DNA of 22,001 nt from Candidatus Anstonellales archaeon (GTDB lineage: Archaea > Micrarchaeota > Micrarchaeia > Anstonellales > J096), in contig JAVYLQ010000005.1 of NCBI GenBank assembly GCA_038740615.1, forward strand, positions 1 through 22,001, written 5' to 3'. How positions within the stretch are numbered: the first letter of the stretch is position 1; each line of letters begins with the position of its first letter. Both the position numbers and the translations under genes were made by a program. This document shows positions 8,435 to 16,474 of the stretch, piece after piece. The notes beneath the pieces were generated by a model, which was not told where the DNA came from, ran no database searches, and saw only the letters and a program-made list of their open reading frames with translations.

Positions 8435-9857
8435 AGTGGTTTTGGATACTAGCGTATTGATAGAGGGTTTAGATTATAGTATTATAGAAGGGAGAGAGGT
8501 GCTAATACCGAAAATAGTGCTCTTAGAATTAAAACACATGTTTGATAGCGATAGATATGATTTAGGCCTGTTAGGGTTCAATACTCTTGATAAGATTGGT
8601 AGTTTTAGAGTAATAGGAGAGGAAGTAGATCTTAATGTTAGGAGAATTGGGGAAGAGATAGATCGGAAAATCGTTGAATTAGCTAGAATTAATGAGGCAA
8701 CTTTACTAACATATGATAGAGGAATGTTCTATTTGGCCAAGGCGTTAAATGTGGATGTAGTAAGATTGGTGCCAAAGTTTAATATATCTGATATAGAAAA
8801 ATTGTTCACGAGTGGAACAATATCCGTACACATAAAGGACAAAATCTATAGAAAGGTAGGGCTACCAGGTAAATGGAGAATGGAAAGTTCTGAACTAGAT
8901 TTCGATAAGGAAGCCTTGATAAGATCTATAGATAATTATGCAAGGGAAATGGGGATTAGCTATGATATATATGCAGATAATCTAAAAGTACTACAATTAG
9001 ATAGATACAGAATAGTAATAACCAAATTCCCTCTGTCAGATGACAGTGAAATAACTATTGTAAGAGCTCTGAAGAGAATGAGAATAGATCAGTATAATAT
9101 ATCAAATGAACTTCTGAATAGATTGAATAGAGCTAGTGGAGTAATTGTTGCTGGACCTCCTGGCTCAGGTAAATCTACATTCGCAGCAGCACTGGCAAAC
9201 TACTATTTGAGTCTAAATAGAATCGTAAAAACTGTAGAGCAACCTAGAGATATGCAAGTAGATCTTGGTATAACTCAATATTCTAAGAATATAGATAATA
9301 TGGATAGATTGAAAGACCTACTCCTCTTAGTTAGACCTGATTATGTTATATTTGATGAGATCAGAAATACAGAAGATTTTATGTTCTATTCTGATCTGAG
9401 ATTAGCAGGTATAGGAATGGTAGGGATTGTTCATGCAAATACAGCTATAGATGCAATACATAGATTCATAAGAAGATTGGAGTTAGGATTGTTACCACAT
9501 GTTATTGATACTGTTATATTCATTGACCAAGGAGATGTAAGTGAAGTATACGAATTGGTTATGACTATGAAAATGCCTACTGGAATGAGAGAATCTGAAC
9601 TAACAAGACCTGTTGTTGAGGTTAGAGATTTTAACACAGGTCTTCTACTATATGAAATATACAAATTTGGAGATGAAATAATTCTAATGCCCATACGTAG
9701 AGATGAAAACTTAGAGAAGATCCTAAAGAGATATCCTAGGAAGATAATAGATGGTAAACATTATATCGTTGTTACTAAAAGAGATTATAAGAAAATTAGG
9801 CAATACAGAGATATGCTTGAGAGAATGGGGGTAGATATATTGATAGAACATGATTGA
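8424..9857 (+). CDS. PIN-domain ATPase (PINA / MJ1533 family)
   Basis: PIN motif VVLDTSVLI...ID...LLTYD; Walker A GPPGSGKST; KTVEQPRD; LLLVRPDYVIFDEIR; DLRLAGIGMVGIVHA. ATG 8424, preceded by GGTG, is preferred to the TTG at 8418. Confidence 0.92.
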   Translation: MKDRVVLDTSVLIEGLDYSIIEGREVLIPKIVLLELKHMFDSDRYDLGLLGFNTLDKIGSFRVIGEEVDLNVRRIGEEIDRKIVELARINEATLLTYDRGMFYLAKALNVDVVRLVPKFNISDIEKLFTSGTISVHIKDKIYRKVGLPGKWRMESSELDFDKEALIRSIDNYAREMGISYDIYADNLKVLQLDRYRIVITKFPLSDDSEITIVRALKRMRIDQYNISNELLNRLNRASGVIVAGPPGSGKSTFAAALANYYLSLNRIVKTVEQPRDMQVDLGITQYSKNIDNMDRLKDLLLLVRPDYVIFDEIRNTEDFMFYSDLRLAGIGMVGIVHANTAIDAIHRFIRRLELGLLPHVIDTVIFIDQGDVSEVYELVMTMKMPTGMRESELTRPVVEVRDFNTGLLLYEIYKFGDEIILMPIRRDENLEKILKRYPRKIIDGKHYIVVTKRDYKKIRQYRDMLERMGVDILIEHD

Positions 9858-11235
9858 GCTTAGAGAGTATCAGAAAAGTATTCTAAGAACAGCTCTTAAA
9901 TATAATACTCTTGTGGTATTGCCTACGGGACTGGGAAAAACTCTAATAGCGTTCCATGCGCTTCAGAGATTCAATAGAGCTCTGTTTTTGGCACCTACTA
10001 AACCTCTGATAGAACAGCACTATAAAAATTTTATCTCCAGATTCTTTCAAGATGCTACTCTTGCCACTGGATCAATTAAAGATAGGAACTACAATGCGAG
10101 ATTTGTATTTGCAACTCCACAAACCATAGTGAGTGATATGGATGTGTTAAGTAAAAATAGTTTTGAGTATATAGTGTTTGATGAAGCACATAGGGCTGTG
10201 GGAAATTATGATTATGTTAATATAGCTAGATATTTTAGCAATGCTAGAACATTAGGTCTAACTGCATCACCTGGATATAAGAGAGAAAAAATAGAGGAAA
10301 TAATAAATAATCTTAGAATTCAGATGATAGAGTATAGAAGTGAGAACGATCCAGAGATATTGGATTATTTACACATCAAAAGGATTCTTACCATAATGGT
10401 AGATTTGCCCAGAGATTACAGAGAGATAATAGATAGTATTTCAAATAGAATTGTTGATATGAGGAAAGATTTAGAGAATGTTTTCAAGATGAAACTTACT
10501 AAGTATAATGTAGAGGAGGTGAGTAAAAGAATAGAGGAAATGTCTGATGAGAAAAAGTGGAGAATCTGGCAAGATTATTCTAAATTTCTCACCTATTTAC
10601 ATCTCAAAGAACTATTGGAAATACAGAGCATAGATGCAGCTCTAAAATATCTAGATAGTTTAAGGGATAATGGATCCAGAGCTCAGCAAGAAGTTATCAG
10701 TGAGTTCTATGAATTGTTATCAGAATCCAAATCAACATTACATCCGAAGATGCAGGAGCTGATAAGAATAATCCAATCAAAAGGTGATATGCAGGGGATA
10801 GTTTTTACTCAGTACAAAGCTCAGATATTCTATATGTCTGATATCCTAACTAGTAAGAACATTCTTCACGATATTCTTATAGGCAAATCCGGATCTAGAA
10901 AGAAACAGATGGAGAGTATTAATAGATTCCTGAACAGAGAGGTAAAGGTTTTGCTATCATCTAGTGTTGGAGAGGAGGGATTGGATCTACCAGGAGCTGA
11001 TTATGTGATTTTCTACGAATCTGTTCCAAGTCCAATAAGAGTAATACAGAGAATGGGTAGGACTGGGAGATTTAGAGATGGAGAGGTCTATGTTCTCATT
11101 GCTAAAGGAACCTATGATGAGATTAGCTACAAGGTGGCTAAGAGAAGAATTAAAACAATGTACGAGCTATTAGATTCTCTAAGGCGAGAGCTTGCTAATA
11201 AGAATACAAAGAGAACTCTTTTCGATCAAATATAA
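9850..11235 (+). CDS. hef: Hef/FANCM-like SF2 DEAH helicase lacking the ERCC4 nuclease domain
   Basis: LREYQ, LPTGLGKT, LAPTKPLIEQH, TPQT, FDEAHRAVGNYDY, GLTASPG, HPK, GEEGLD, QRMGRTGR. Confidence 0.9.
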   Translation: MIELREYQKSILRTALKYNTLVVLPTGLGKTLIAFHALQRFNRALFLAPTKPLIEQHYKNFISRFFQDATLATGSIKDRNYNARFVFATPQTIVSDMDVLSKNSFEYIVFDEAHRAVGNYDYVNIARYFSNARTLGLTASPGYKREKIEEIINNLRIQMIEYRSENDPEILDYLHIKRILTIMVDLPRDYREIIDSISNRIVDMRKDLENVFKMKLTKYNVEEVSKRIEEMSDEKKWRIWQDYSKFLTYLHLKELLEIQSIDAALKYLDSLRDNGSRAQQEVISEFYELLSESKSTLHPKMQELIRIIQSKGDMQGIVFTQYKAQIFYMSDILTSKNILHDILIGKSGSRKKQMESINRFLNREVKVLLSSSVGEEGLDLPGADYVIFYESVPSPIRVIQRMGRTGRFRDGEVYVLIAKGTYDEISYKVAKRRIKTMYELLDSLRRELANKNTKRTLFDQI

Positions 11236-11261
11236 AAAGATTACGTAATTATATTAAGAGC

Positions 11262-11441
11262 ATGAGCAAAAAGAATCTTGATCTCAAGTTATGGTTGATA
11301 TCTAAGAATAAATCTAGGAGGTTACCACCTGTATTTGTGAGAATAAAAACAAACCTTAAGGCATATTCCCCTACAGCTAGAAGAAACTGGAGATATTCTA
11401 AGCTTAATACATATTATATGAGAAAGAGATTGATGAGGTGA
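11262..11441 (+). CDS. rpl39e: 50S ribosomal protein L39e
   Basis: Hand translation, 59 aa: MSKKNLDLKLWLISKNKSRRLPPVFVRIKTNLKAYSPTARRNWRYSKLNTYYMRKRLMR. It has the P.FV..KT and RRNWR..KL motifs and sits directly before rpl31e. TATAAAAA at 11231-11238. Absent from the ORF track. Confidence 0.9.
   Translation: MSKKNLDLKLWLISKNKSRRLPPVFVRIKTNLKAYSPTARRNWRYSKLNTYYMRKRLMR
11435..11441 (+). promoter_or_regulatory. Shine-Dalgarno GAGGTGA for rpl31e, overlapping the rpl39e stop
   Basis: GAGGTGA ends 7 nt before ATG 11449. Confidence 0.75.
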
Positions 11442-11448
11442 GATATAA

Positions 11449-11727
11449 ATGGAAAAAGTAGTTACATTCAATCTGTCCAGAGTATTAAGAAAACCTGTTA
11501 CTAAAAGGCATAGAGTAGCGATTAGACTGATTCGAGAACTAGCTATCAGACATGGTAAGGGAAATATCGCTAAAATCTCTCCTAAAATTAATGAAACTAT
11601 AAAATATAATAACATTCCCAAACGTCTAATGGTCAAGTTGGTTAGAAAAGATACGGTGGTATATGTATTACATCCCCAAGAGAGTTTAGTAGAGGAAAAG
11701 AGTAATGATAATAAGAGCTCATCATAA
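11449..11727 (+). CDS. rpl31e: 50S ribosomal protein L31e
   Basis: EKVVTFNL....P..KR..AIRLIRE...RH, KISPKINE.I, PKRLMVK; conserved position between rpl39e and aIF6. Confidence 0.85.
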   Translation: MEKVVTFNLSRVLRKPVTKRHRVAIRLIRELAIRHGKGNIAKISPKINETIKYNNIPKRLMVKLVRKDTVVYVLHPQESLVEEKSNDNKSSS

Positions 11728-12361
11728 GAATTCTGATCTCGTAGGTCTGTATTATCTCCTTAATTCTAATATCTTTATATACCCCTATTCAACTAAATTA
11801 GAATTAGATGAATATAATAAAGTAGAACTGACTGCCTATGGATCTGATATGATAGGATTGTATTATATACTAAAGGAGGATGTTTTTATATATCCAAAGA
11901 ATCTTCTGGATAGGGAAATAGAGATTATTAGGAATTCTTTAAATAGGGAGGGGTTGGAAACATTTCAACTATCAACCCATAGAAATGCATTATCCAACAA
12001 TATCCATATAGGTGATAGAGTAGTTCTTGTTAATCCTAGAATGGAGAAAGGTGTAAAGAGGGAATTAAGTGATATTACTGGTAAGGAGGTAATAGAGATC
12101 TCTCTTGGTAATTACTTTACAGTAGGTTCTCTCATATATGAGAACAGATATGGATTCGTGTTAGGCTATAGAGCTGGTGAGGACAACTTAGAGAGATTGG
12201 AGGAATTGCTCGGGAAACAGGGTTATGTAGGATCACTAAACTCTGGATTTGGATTTGTAAGACTATGTGTTGTTGGTAACTCTAAGATTAACATAATAGG
12301 TAAATCTACTACAGGTATAGAAGAGATGAGATTTAGAGAATATCTATTACCTAACAATTAA
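11705..12361 (+). CDS. eif6: Translation initiation factor 6 (aIF6), divergent
   Basis: Repeated S..(V/I)GLY units, NALSNNI, VGSL, GSLNSG, GNS..GKSTTGIE; synteny with rpl39e-rpl31e. Confidence 0.85.
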   Translation: MIIRAHHKNSDLVGLYYLLNSNIFIYPYSTKLELDEYNKVELTAYGSDMIGLYYILKEDVFIYPKNLLDREIEIIRNSLNREGLETFQLSTHRNALSNNIHIGDRVVLVNPRMEKGVKRELSDITGKEVIEISLGNYFTVGSLIYENRYGFVLGYRAGEDNLERLEELLGKQGYVGSLNSGFGFVRLCVVGNSKINIIGKSTTGIEEMRFREYLLPNN

Positions 12362-13135
12362 TACAGATTCCGATGGGAAGGATGTAGAGAATTCTCTTTT
12401 TGATTTTAGATGAGACAATAAGCGTGGGTATTTGTCAAGTAAATAATTTCTACTAGCCAACCCATCTGTAGGAGCTTTAAACAGTTCTATATATTTGTTT
12501 ATACTAGTTTCCAGTGTTTTACTATCTATTAAATACAAAGTTTTCTTAGGATTCTTTTGTCTGAATTCTTCTATCTCCTTATCACTAATCAGATTGTAAT
12601 TCCATGCAAATTCATATACATTTTCTGCTCTAGGTAAGAATACTTGATTTTCAGAGTAATTTACGTAAGATCTGTTATTCATATCTACCCTAAGCTTAAA
12701 TTGAAATCCTCTATTAGGATCTATCTTGAATATCGGAGCATATAGCATTTCATTTCTAATATCAAATAATATTGCGCTAGAGTTGACTTTCTCTGAATAA
12801 TTGATAAGATAGTTCAATACGTATCTACGTGCTAATTCTCTCTCTGTCAATCCGTAGTTAGTCAAGGTCACACCAACCCCTCCTGGAAAAGGATATACCT
12901 CAGCTAAAGTTCTGTTATTTGCCCTTACAAGCACAATTCCAAATGGATTTATTATATCATAAACAAATCTTCCCTCTGTAGGATTGTTAAATATCACACA
13001 ACTGGATAGACTAGTTCCTATCATCCCTGTTACCAATGCCTTAAGAAAATCTCTTCTTGTGATTTTTGTTTCTAGCACTCCTTCATCTATCCTAAGTTTG
13101 GTCTCAGTTAAAGAAGCCTGTTTTTGGACTAGCAT
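12347..13135 (-). CDS. Orphan protein with twin-arginine motif and lipobox (putative Tat lipoprotein)
   Basis: ITRRDFLKALVTGMIGTSLSSC after a charged N-terminal extension; TATA about 25 nt upstream of the ATG. Confidence 0.65.
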   Translation of the reverse strand: MLVQKQASLTETKLRIDEGVLETKITRRDFLKALVTGMIGTSLSSCVIFNNPTEGRFVYDIINPFGIVLVRANNRTLAEVYPFPGGVGVTLTNYGLTERELARRYVLNYLINYSEKVNSSAILFDIRNEMLYAPIFKIDPNRGFQFKLRVDMNNRSYVNYSENQVFLPRAENVYEFAWNYNLISDKEIEEFRQKNPKKTLYLIDSKTLETSINKYIELFKAPTDGLASRNYLLDKYPRLLSHLKSKREFSTSFPSESVLIVR

Positions 13136-13155
13136 GTTTTCTATTAATAAAATAA

Positions 13156-13164
13156 TTTTAAAAA
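13156..13164. promoter_or_regulatory. Palindromic TATA box between the Tat orphan and tRNA-Trp
   Basis: TTTTAAAA at 13156-13163, about 25 nt from ATG 13135 (-) and about 33 nt from the mature tRNA 5' end (+). Confidence 0.5.
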
Positions 13165-13192
13165 CATTAATATCACTAAATAATTCAGAGAA

Positions 13193-13280
13193 GGGGCTGT
13201 GGTGTAACCAGGCAGCACAACAGGCTCCAGTTAGGTTGAGAAGAAACCTGTTAGTCTGGGTTCAAATCCCAGCAGCCCCA
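13193..13280 (+). tRNA. tRNA-Trp(CCA) with 15-nt intron at 37/38 (13231-13245); CCA end not encoded
   Basis: Acceptor GGGGCTG/CAGCCCC plus discriminator A; D stem GTGT/GCAC; anticodon stem ACAGG/CCTGT with CT-CCA-G[intron]A; T arm CTGGG-TTCAAAT-CCCAG. Confidence 0.92.
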
Positions 13281-13283
13281 AAT

Positions 13284-13925
13284 CTAATCTAGTTTTGCTA
13301 TCAATCTCTCTACAGATTCCTTGATAACAGTTTTATCTGTATTGTTATCTCTGTAGATCAATGCTTTAGAATTTTCTGATATATCGCTCCATATATGAGC
13401 TACATCAGAGTGATCACGTCTCCCCTCTATATATTTGGGTGCAGCTATTAGAATTTTTAATGATTTAGACTCTTGAACAGATTTGAAGTAGTTTACAAAC
13501 AACTCTCTGGCTCTGTTTTCATCACCTACATAGTAGAATCCCAATACATGCTTCCTGAACGGAGAGCTAAAATTATGGCTTTCATATTTATTATCATTCA
13601 CATAGAATTTTGTATTATCTGTTTGAATAGCTGGGATAAATATTTCTTTCACATTCTGCTTTGTTCTCTCAAAAGCTATATATACTCCTTCTATTAATAT
13701 TCTATGCTCATTATTCTTACTGAACAGTATATCTCCCAAACCATCTTTTGAATTATCTATTCTTATCAACAAACCATTTTTCTTGATTGATACTTGTATT
13801 GCATCATTTATTTTTATATCCCCTGGTTTTACTTCTGATCTAGTGGACAAATATGCAGAAACCACCATTATAGAACCTAATGCTATGTATGGTGCACTCT
13901 GAATAAATTCTCTTCTAGTTATCAT
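13284..13925 (-). CDS. Orphan exported or membrane-anchored protein with twin-arginine motif
   Basis: MITRREFIQSAPYIALGSIMVVSAYL N-terminus; own TATA (TTTTTAAA on - strand, 13949-13956). Confidence 0.65.
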   Translation of the reverse strand: MITRREFIQSAPYIALGSIMVVSAYLSTRSEVKPGDIKINDAIQVSIKKNGLLIRIDNSKDGLGDILFSKNNEHRILIEGVYIAFERTKQNVKEIFIPAIQTDNTKFYVNDNKYESHNFSSPFRKHVLGFYYVGDENRARELFVNYFKSVQESKSLKILIAAPKYIEGRRDHSDVAHIWSDISENSKALIYRDNNTDKTVIKESVERLIAKLD

Positions 13926-13961
13926 ATTATTTTATTTAGATAGAAATGTTTAAAAATTGAG

Positions 13962-14798
13962 CTATCTACTTTTCACTTTAGAATCTATAAACCATTCCAA
14001 CATCTCTCGATCTATTTTGAGCTCTATATATTCTCTATTCTTCTCCTCAGGCATATGTATGAATGGATTGTAGCTCATCAGAACAGCTACATCTTTCTCA
14101 CCTAGCTTTGTGATATGAATCCCATAGAGTGAACTCAGTCTATCATTCATAGACTTTTGAGCTTCCTGGAATAGTTTCTCATTTATGGATTTTAGATACT
14201 CAGCTGGTTGATCAATATAAAAGAGAGCTTTCAGAGTCAGATTTCTCTTCTGTAATGCTGATAAAGTATAAGATATTTCATAAGGTAGATGATCGCTAAG
14301 GAAAGGATATTTACCATGATAATATACTGTTTCGGATATTCTTACAAATGTGAACTGACGCTCTATTCTATCTTTATCTTCTGAATCAAATCTATTTAAA
14401 TCTATACTAATATTTCTATTCCCTAAATACAGCTGTATCATGTTAGTCTTGATAGAATTATATACAGGATAGTATTTATAATCTCCTAAGCTAAAGTGTA
14501 GACGCTCTGAACTTACAGGTATTCCAAAAATATTCCCAAAACTACCTCGAAGATCTCTGGAGAGCATATATCCACCAGGTACTAATAGTATTCTATTATT
14601 CTCATCATCCACAACAGATTCTTGAACTACATATGATAACTCCTTCAGGGCCATGTACTTAGATCTAGTATCAAAATACCATATCCCTCCGACCAATCCA
14701 AGGTACAATCCCAAGGTTATTACAGATGCAGTAGTTAATATTCTAAATTTACCTGCTATACTACCTGAGGTTTGATTATCTAAGTGCTTTAATTTCAT
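13962..14798 (-). CDS. Orphan protein with single N-terminal membrane anchor
   Basis: 278-aa ORF with TM segment ILTTASVITLGLYLGLVGGIWYF; ATGA overlap with the TPR-AAA gene. Confidence 0.7.
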   Translation of the reverse strand: MKLKHLDNQTSGSIAGKFRILTTASVITLGLYLGLVGGIWYFDTRSKYMALKELSYVVQESVVDDENNRILLVPGGYMLSRDLRGSFGNIFGIPVSSERLHFSLGDYKYYPVYNSIKTNMIQLYLGNRNISIDLNRFDSEDKDRIERQFTFVRISETVYYHGKYPFLSDHLPYEISYTLSALQKRNLTLKALFYIDQPAEYLKSINEKLFQEAQKSMNDRLSSLYGIHITKLGEKDVAVLMSYNPFIHMPEEKNREYIELKIDREMLEWFIDSKVKSR

Positions 14799-16423
14799 AT
14801 TGGGATTGGAAGATACTTACCTATAAATCTAGTCCCCTCAACATATATTTTATAATACCATTTGTTGTTCTTCTCCACAACTTGAATAAGATCTCTGAAC
14901 TGTTGTCTCTCCTCTTCGCCTAAATCAGATTCTATCTCCTTCTCATGTTTTTTCCCATCAATATACATAACCTCTTTCTTCCTACCTAGTTTCTTCCTAG
15001 CCTGTGCATACCAAGGTCCTAATGAACTTTTAACCTCATCACTTGCTCTTATATAATCACCAGTTCTTATCTCTCTTTTCTTACCTCCGATAGCATCTAA
15101 CCATGCATATTGAGCTGCTTTATCTGATAGAGCTTTTATATCTGCTGCAGAATAACCTATAGTTAGTAAACCTAATCTCATCCAGGCTATGTTTTTAGAT
15201 ATTGGTCTACCCTTTGAATGTATTTTGAGCATCTTAACTCTTGTTTGGAAATCTGGTGGGGGTACATAGATTGTTCTGGAGAATCTTCCAGATCTTCTAA
15301 GAGCAGGATCAACATCCCAAGGTGCGTTTGTTGCAGCTATAACTAGCACATTCTCATTATTAGCCTCTATACCATCCATCTCAGTAAGGAATTGATTGAT
15401 TGCTGATCTTAGGGCCTGTCCTGCCTCTCCTCCCCCGGAATCTCTTCTAGCACCTATAGCATCTACTTCATCAAAGAACAGTATTGCCGGTGCATTCTTT
15501 CTAGCAGCCTCAAATACCTTATGTATATTCTTCTCAGTATTACCCACGTACATATCAAGTATATCTGATAGTTTTACGTTGATAAATGCTACTTTAGCTT
15601 CTCCAGCTGCAGCCTTGACAAAATAGGTTTTTCCACATCCAGGAGGCCCATACATCAGTATTCCTCCTCCTCCCATAAGTCCATATTCTTTAGTAAGCTG
15701 AGCGTACTGAAGAGGTTTAACTATACTGTTCATAAGTTCGTTCTTGAGTTTTTCCATACCTGCCAGATCTTTGAAATTGATCTTTATATCCTTCAGAATC
15801 TTAACATCACCGCTTCCTCCCTGTTGCTGTCCTCCAGATCCAGCTCTTTTTATTTCCAACCCTTCTAATCTGTCTTTTGCATCCTGCAGTTCTGGATCCA
15901 GTTCATATGCCCGCTGATAATCTTTTGCAGCCTTATCAAAATCATTTAGATTCTCATAACATACCCCTCTTAGATAATATGCATCGGGATTGTTCGGTTC
16001 AAGTTCTATAACTTTATTAAAATCTTCCAGAGCCTTATCGTATTTCTCCAGACTCAGATAGCAAATCCCTCTGTTGTGATATGCTCTAGCATAATTAGGA
16101 TCAAATACAATTGCCTTATCATAATCCTTGATAGCATCGTTTATCTGCCCTTTCTTGAATAGTATATCTCCTCTGTTATTGTATATAACTGGATTTTTGG
16201 GATCAAGTTCTAAAGCCCTGGTATAGTCTCTATAGGCACTGTCGTAATCTTTGAGGAAATAACTAGATAGTGCTCTGTAGAAATAAGCATCAGACATCAC
16301 ACTATTCAATACAAGTACTTTACTAAAATTCTCTCTAGCCTTTTCATAATCCCCCTTTTTGAAATATTCCAGTCCAATCTGATAGAATTTATTAGCATCA
16401 ACTGATCTTATATCCCTATCCAT
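14795..16423 (-). CDS. TPR-repeat AAA+ ATPase (5 TPRs plus one classic-clade CDC48/Vps4-like AAA domain)
   Basis: Five 34-aa TPRs, GSGGQQQGGSG linker, Walker A GPPGCGKT, pore loop MYVG, Walker B LFFDEVD, SRH AATNAPWDVDPALRRSGRF, GYSAADI. Confidence 0.92.
   Translation of the reverse strand: MDRDIRSVDANKFYQIGLEYFKKGDYEKARENFSKVLVLNSVMSDAYFYRALSSYFLKDYDSAYRDYTRALELDPKNPVIYNNRGDILFKKGQINDAIKDYDKAIVFDPNYARAYHNRGICYLSLEKYDKALEDFNKVIELEPNNPDAYYLRGVCYENLNDFDKAAKDYQRAYELDPELQDAKDRLEGLEIKRAGSGGQQQGGSGDVKILKDIKINFKDLAGMEKLKNELMNSIVKPLQYAQLTKEYGLMGGGGILMYGPPGCGKTYFVKAAAGEAKVAFINVKLSDILDMYVGNTEKNIHKVFEAARKNAPAILFFDEVDAIGARRDSGGGEAGQALRSAINQFLTEMDGIEANNENVLVIAATNAPWDVDPALRRSGRFSRTIYVPPPDFQTRVKMLKIHSKGRPISKNIAWMRLGLLTIGYSAADIKALSDKAAQYAWLDAIGGKKREIRTGDYIRASDEVKSSLGPWYAQARKKLGRKKEVMYIDGKKHEKEIESDLGEEERQQFRDLIQVVEKNNKWYYKIYVEGTRFIGKYLPIPI
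15887..16396 (-). repeat. Five tandem TPR coding units (34 aa each)
   Basis: Recurring Y..RG......A..D...A.ELDP pattern over residues 10-179. Confidence 0.85.
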
Positions 16424-16445
16424 AAATCAATTATATCATAAAAAC

Positions 16446-16453
16446 TTTTTAAA
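16446..16453. promoter_or_regulatory. TATA box shared by divergent TPR-AAA and aglB genes
   Basis: AAAAAC-TTTTTAAA in a 51-bp spacer; palindromic TTTAAA core about 27 nt from ATG 16423 and about 25 nt from ATG 16475. Confidence 0.55.
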
Positions 16454-16474
16454 GATATCTTAAGAATTGAAACC

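Noticed and set aside
8424..8760. PIN domain as VapC toxin with Lrp as antitoxin
   Set aside because: The PIN domain is fused to the conserved PINA ATPase, and the upstream gene is a full Lrp, not a VapB.
11322..11636. 104-aa minus-strand ORF
   Set aside because: Antisense shadow of rpl39e and rpl31e, which have motifs, synteny and a Shine-Dalgarno.
13233..13249. Hairpin AGGTT-GAGAAGA-AACCT read as an alternative anticodon arm (GAA, Phe)
   Set aside because: The loop lacks pyrimidine 32 and U33; the body fits tRNA-Trp with a 37/38 intron.
12984..13292. 102-aa plus-strand ORF
   Set aside because: TTG start, antisense to the Tat orphan and running through tRNA-Trp; no motif.
14282..14299. 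SDHLP motif suggesting an EEP-family nuclease/phosphatase in the 278-aa orphan
   Set aside because: The motif is mid-protein and the other EEP motifs (N-terminal N, QE, GDFN) are not evident.
12347..14798. Integrated mobile element at tRNA-Trp
   Set aside because: No integrase, no visible duplicate of the tRNA 3' end in the window, and no obvious compositional shift.
14795..16423. Calling the ATPase cdc48, pan or cdvC/vps4
   Set aside because: The domain architecture does not match any of them, and no ESCRT-III/cdv genes are adjacent.
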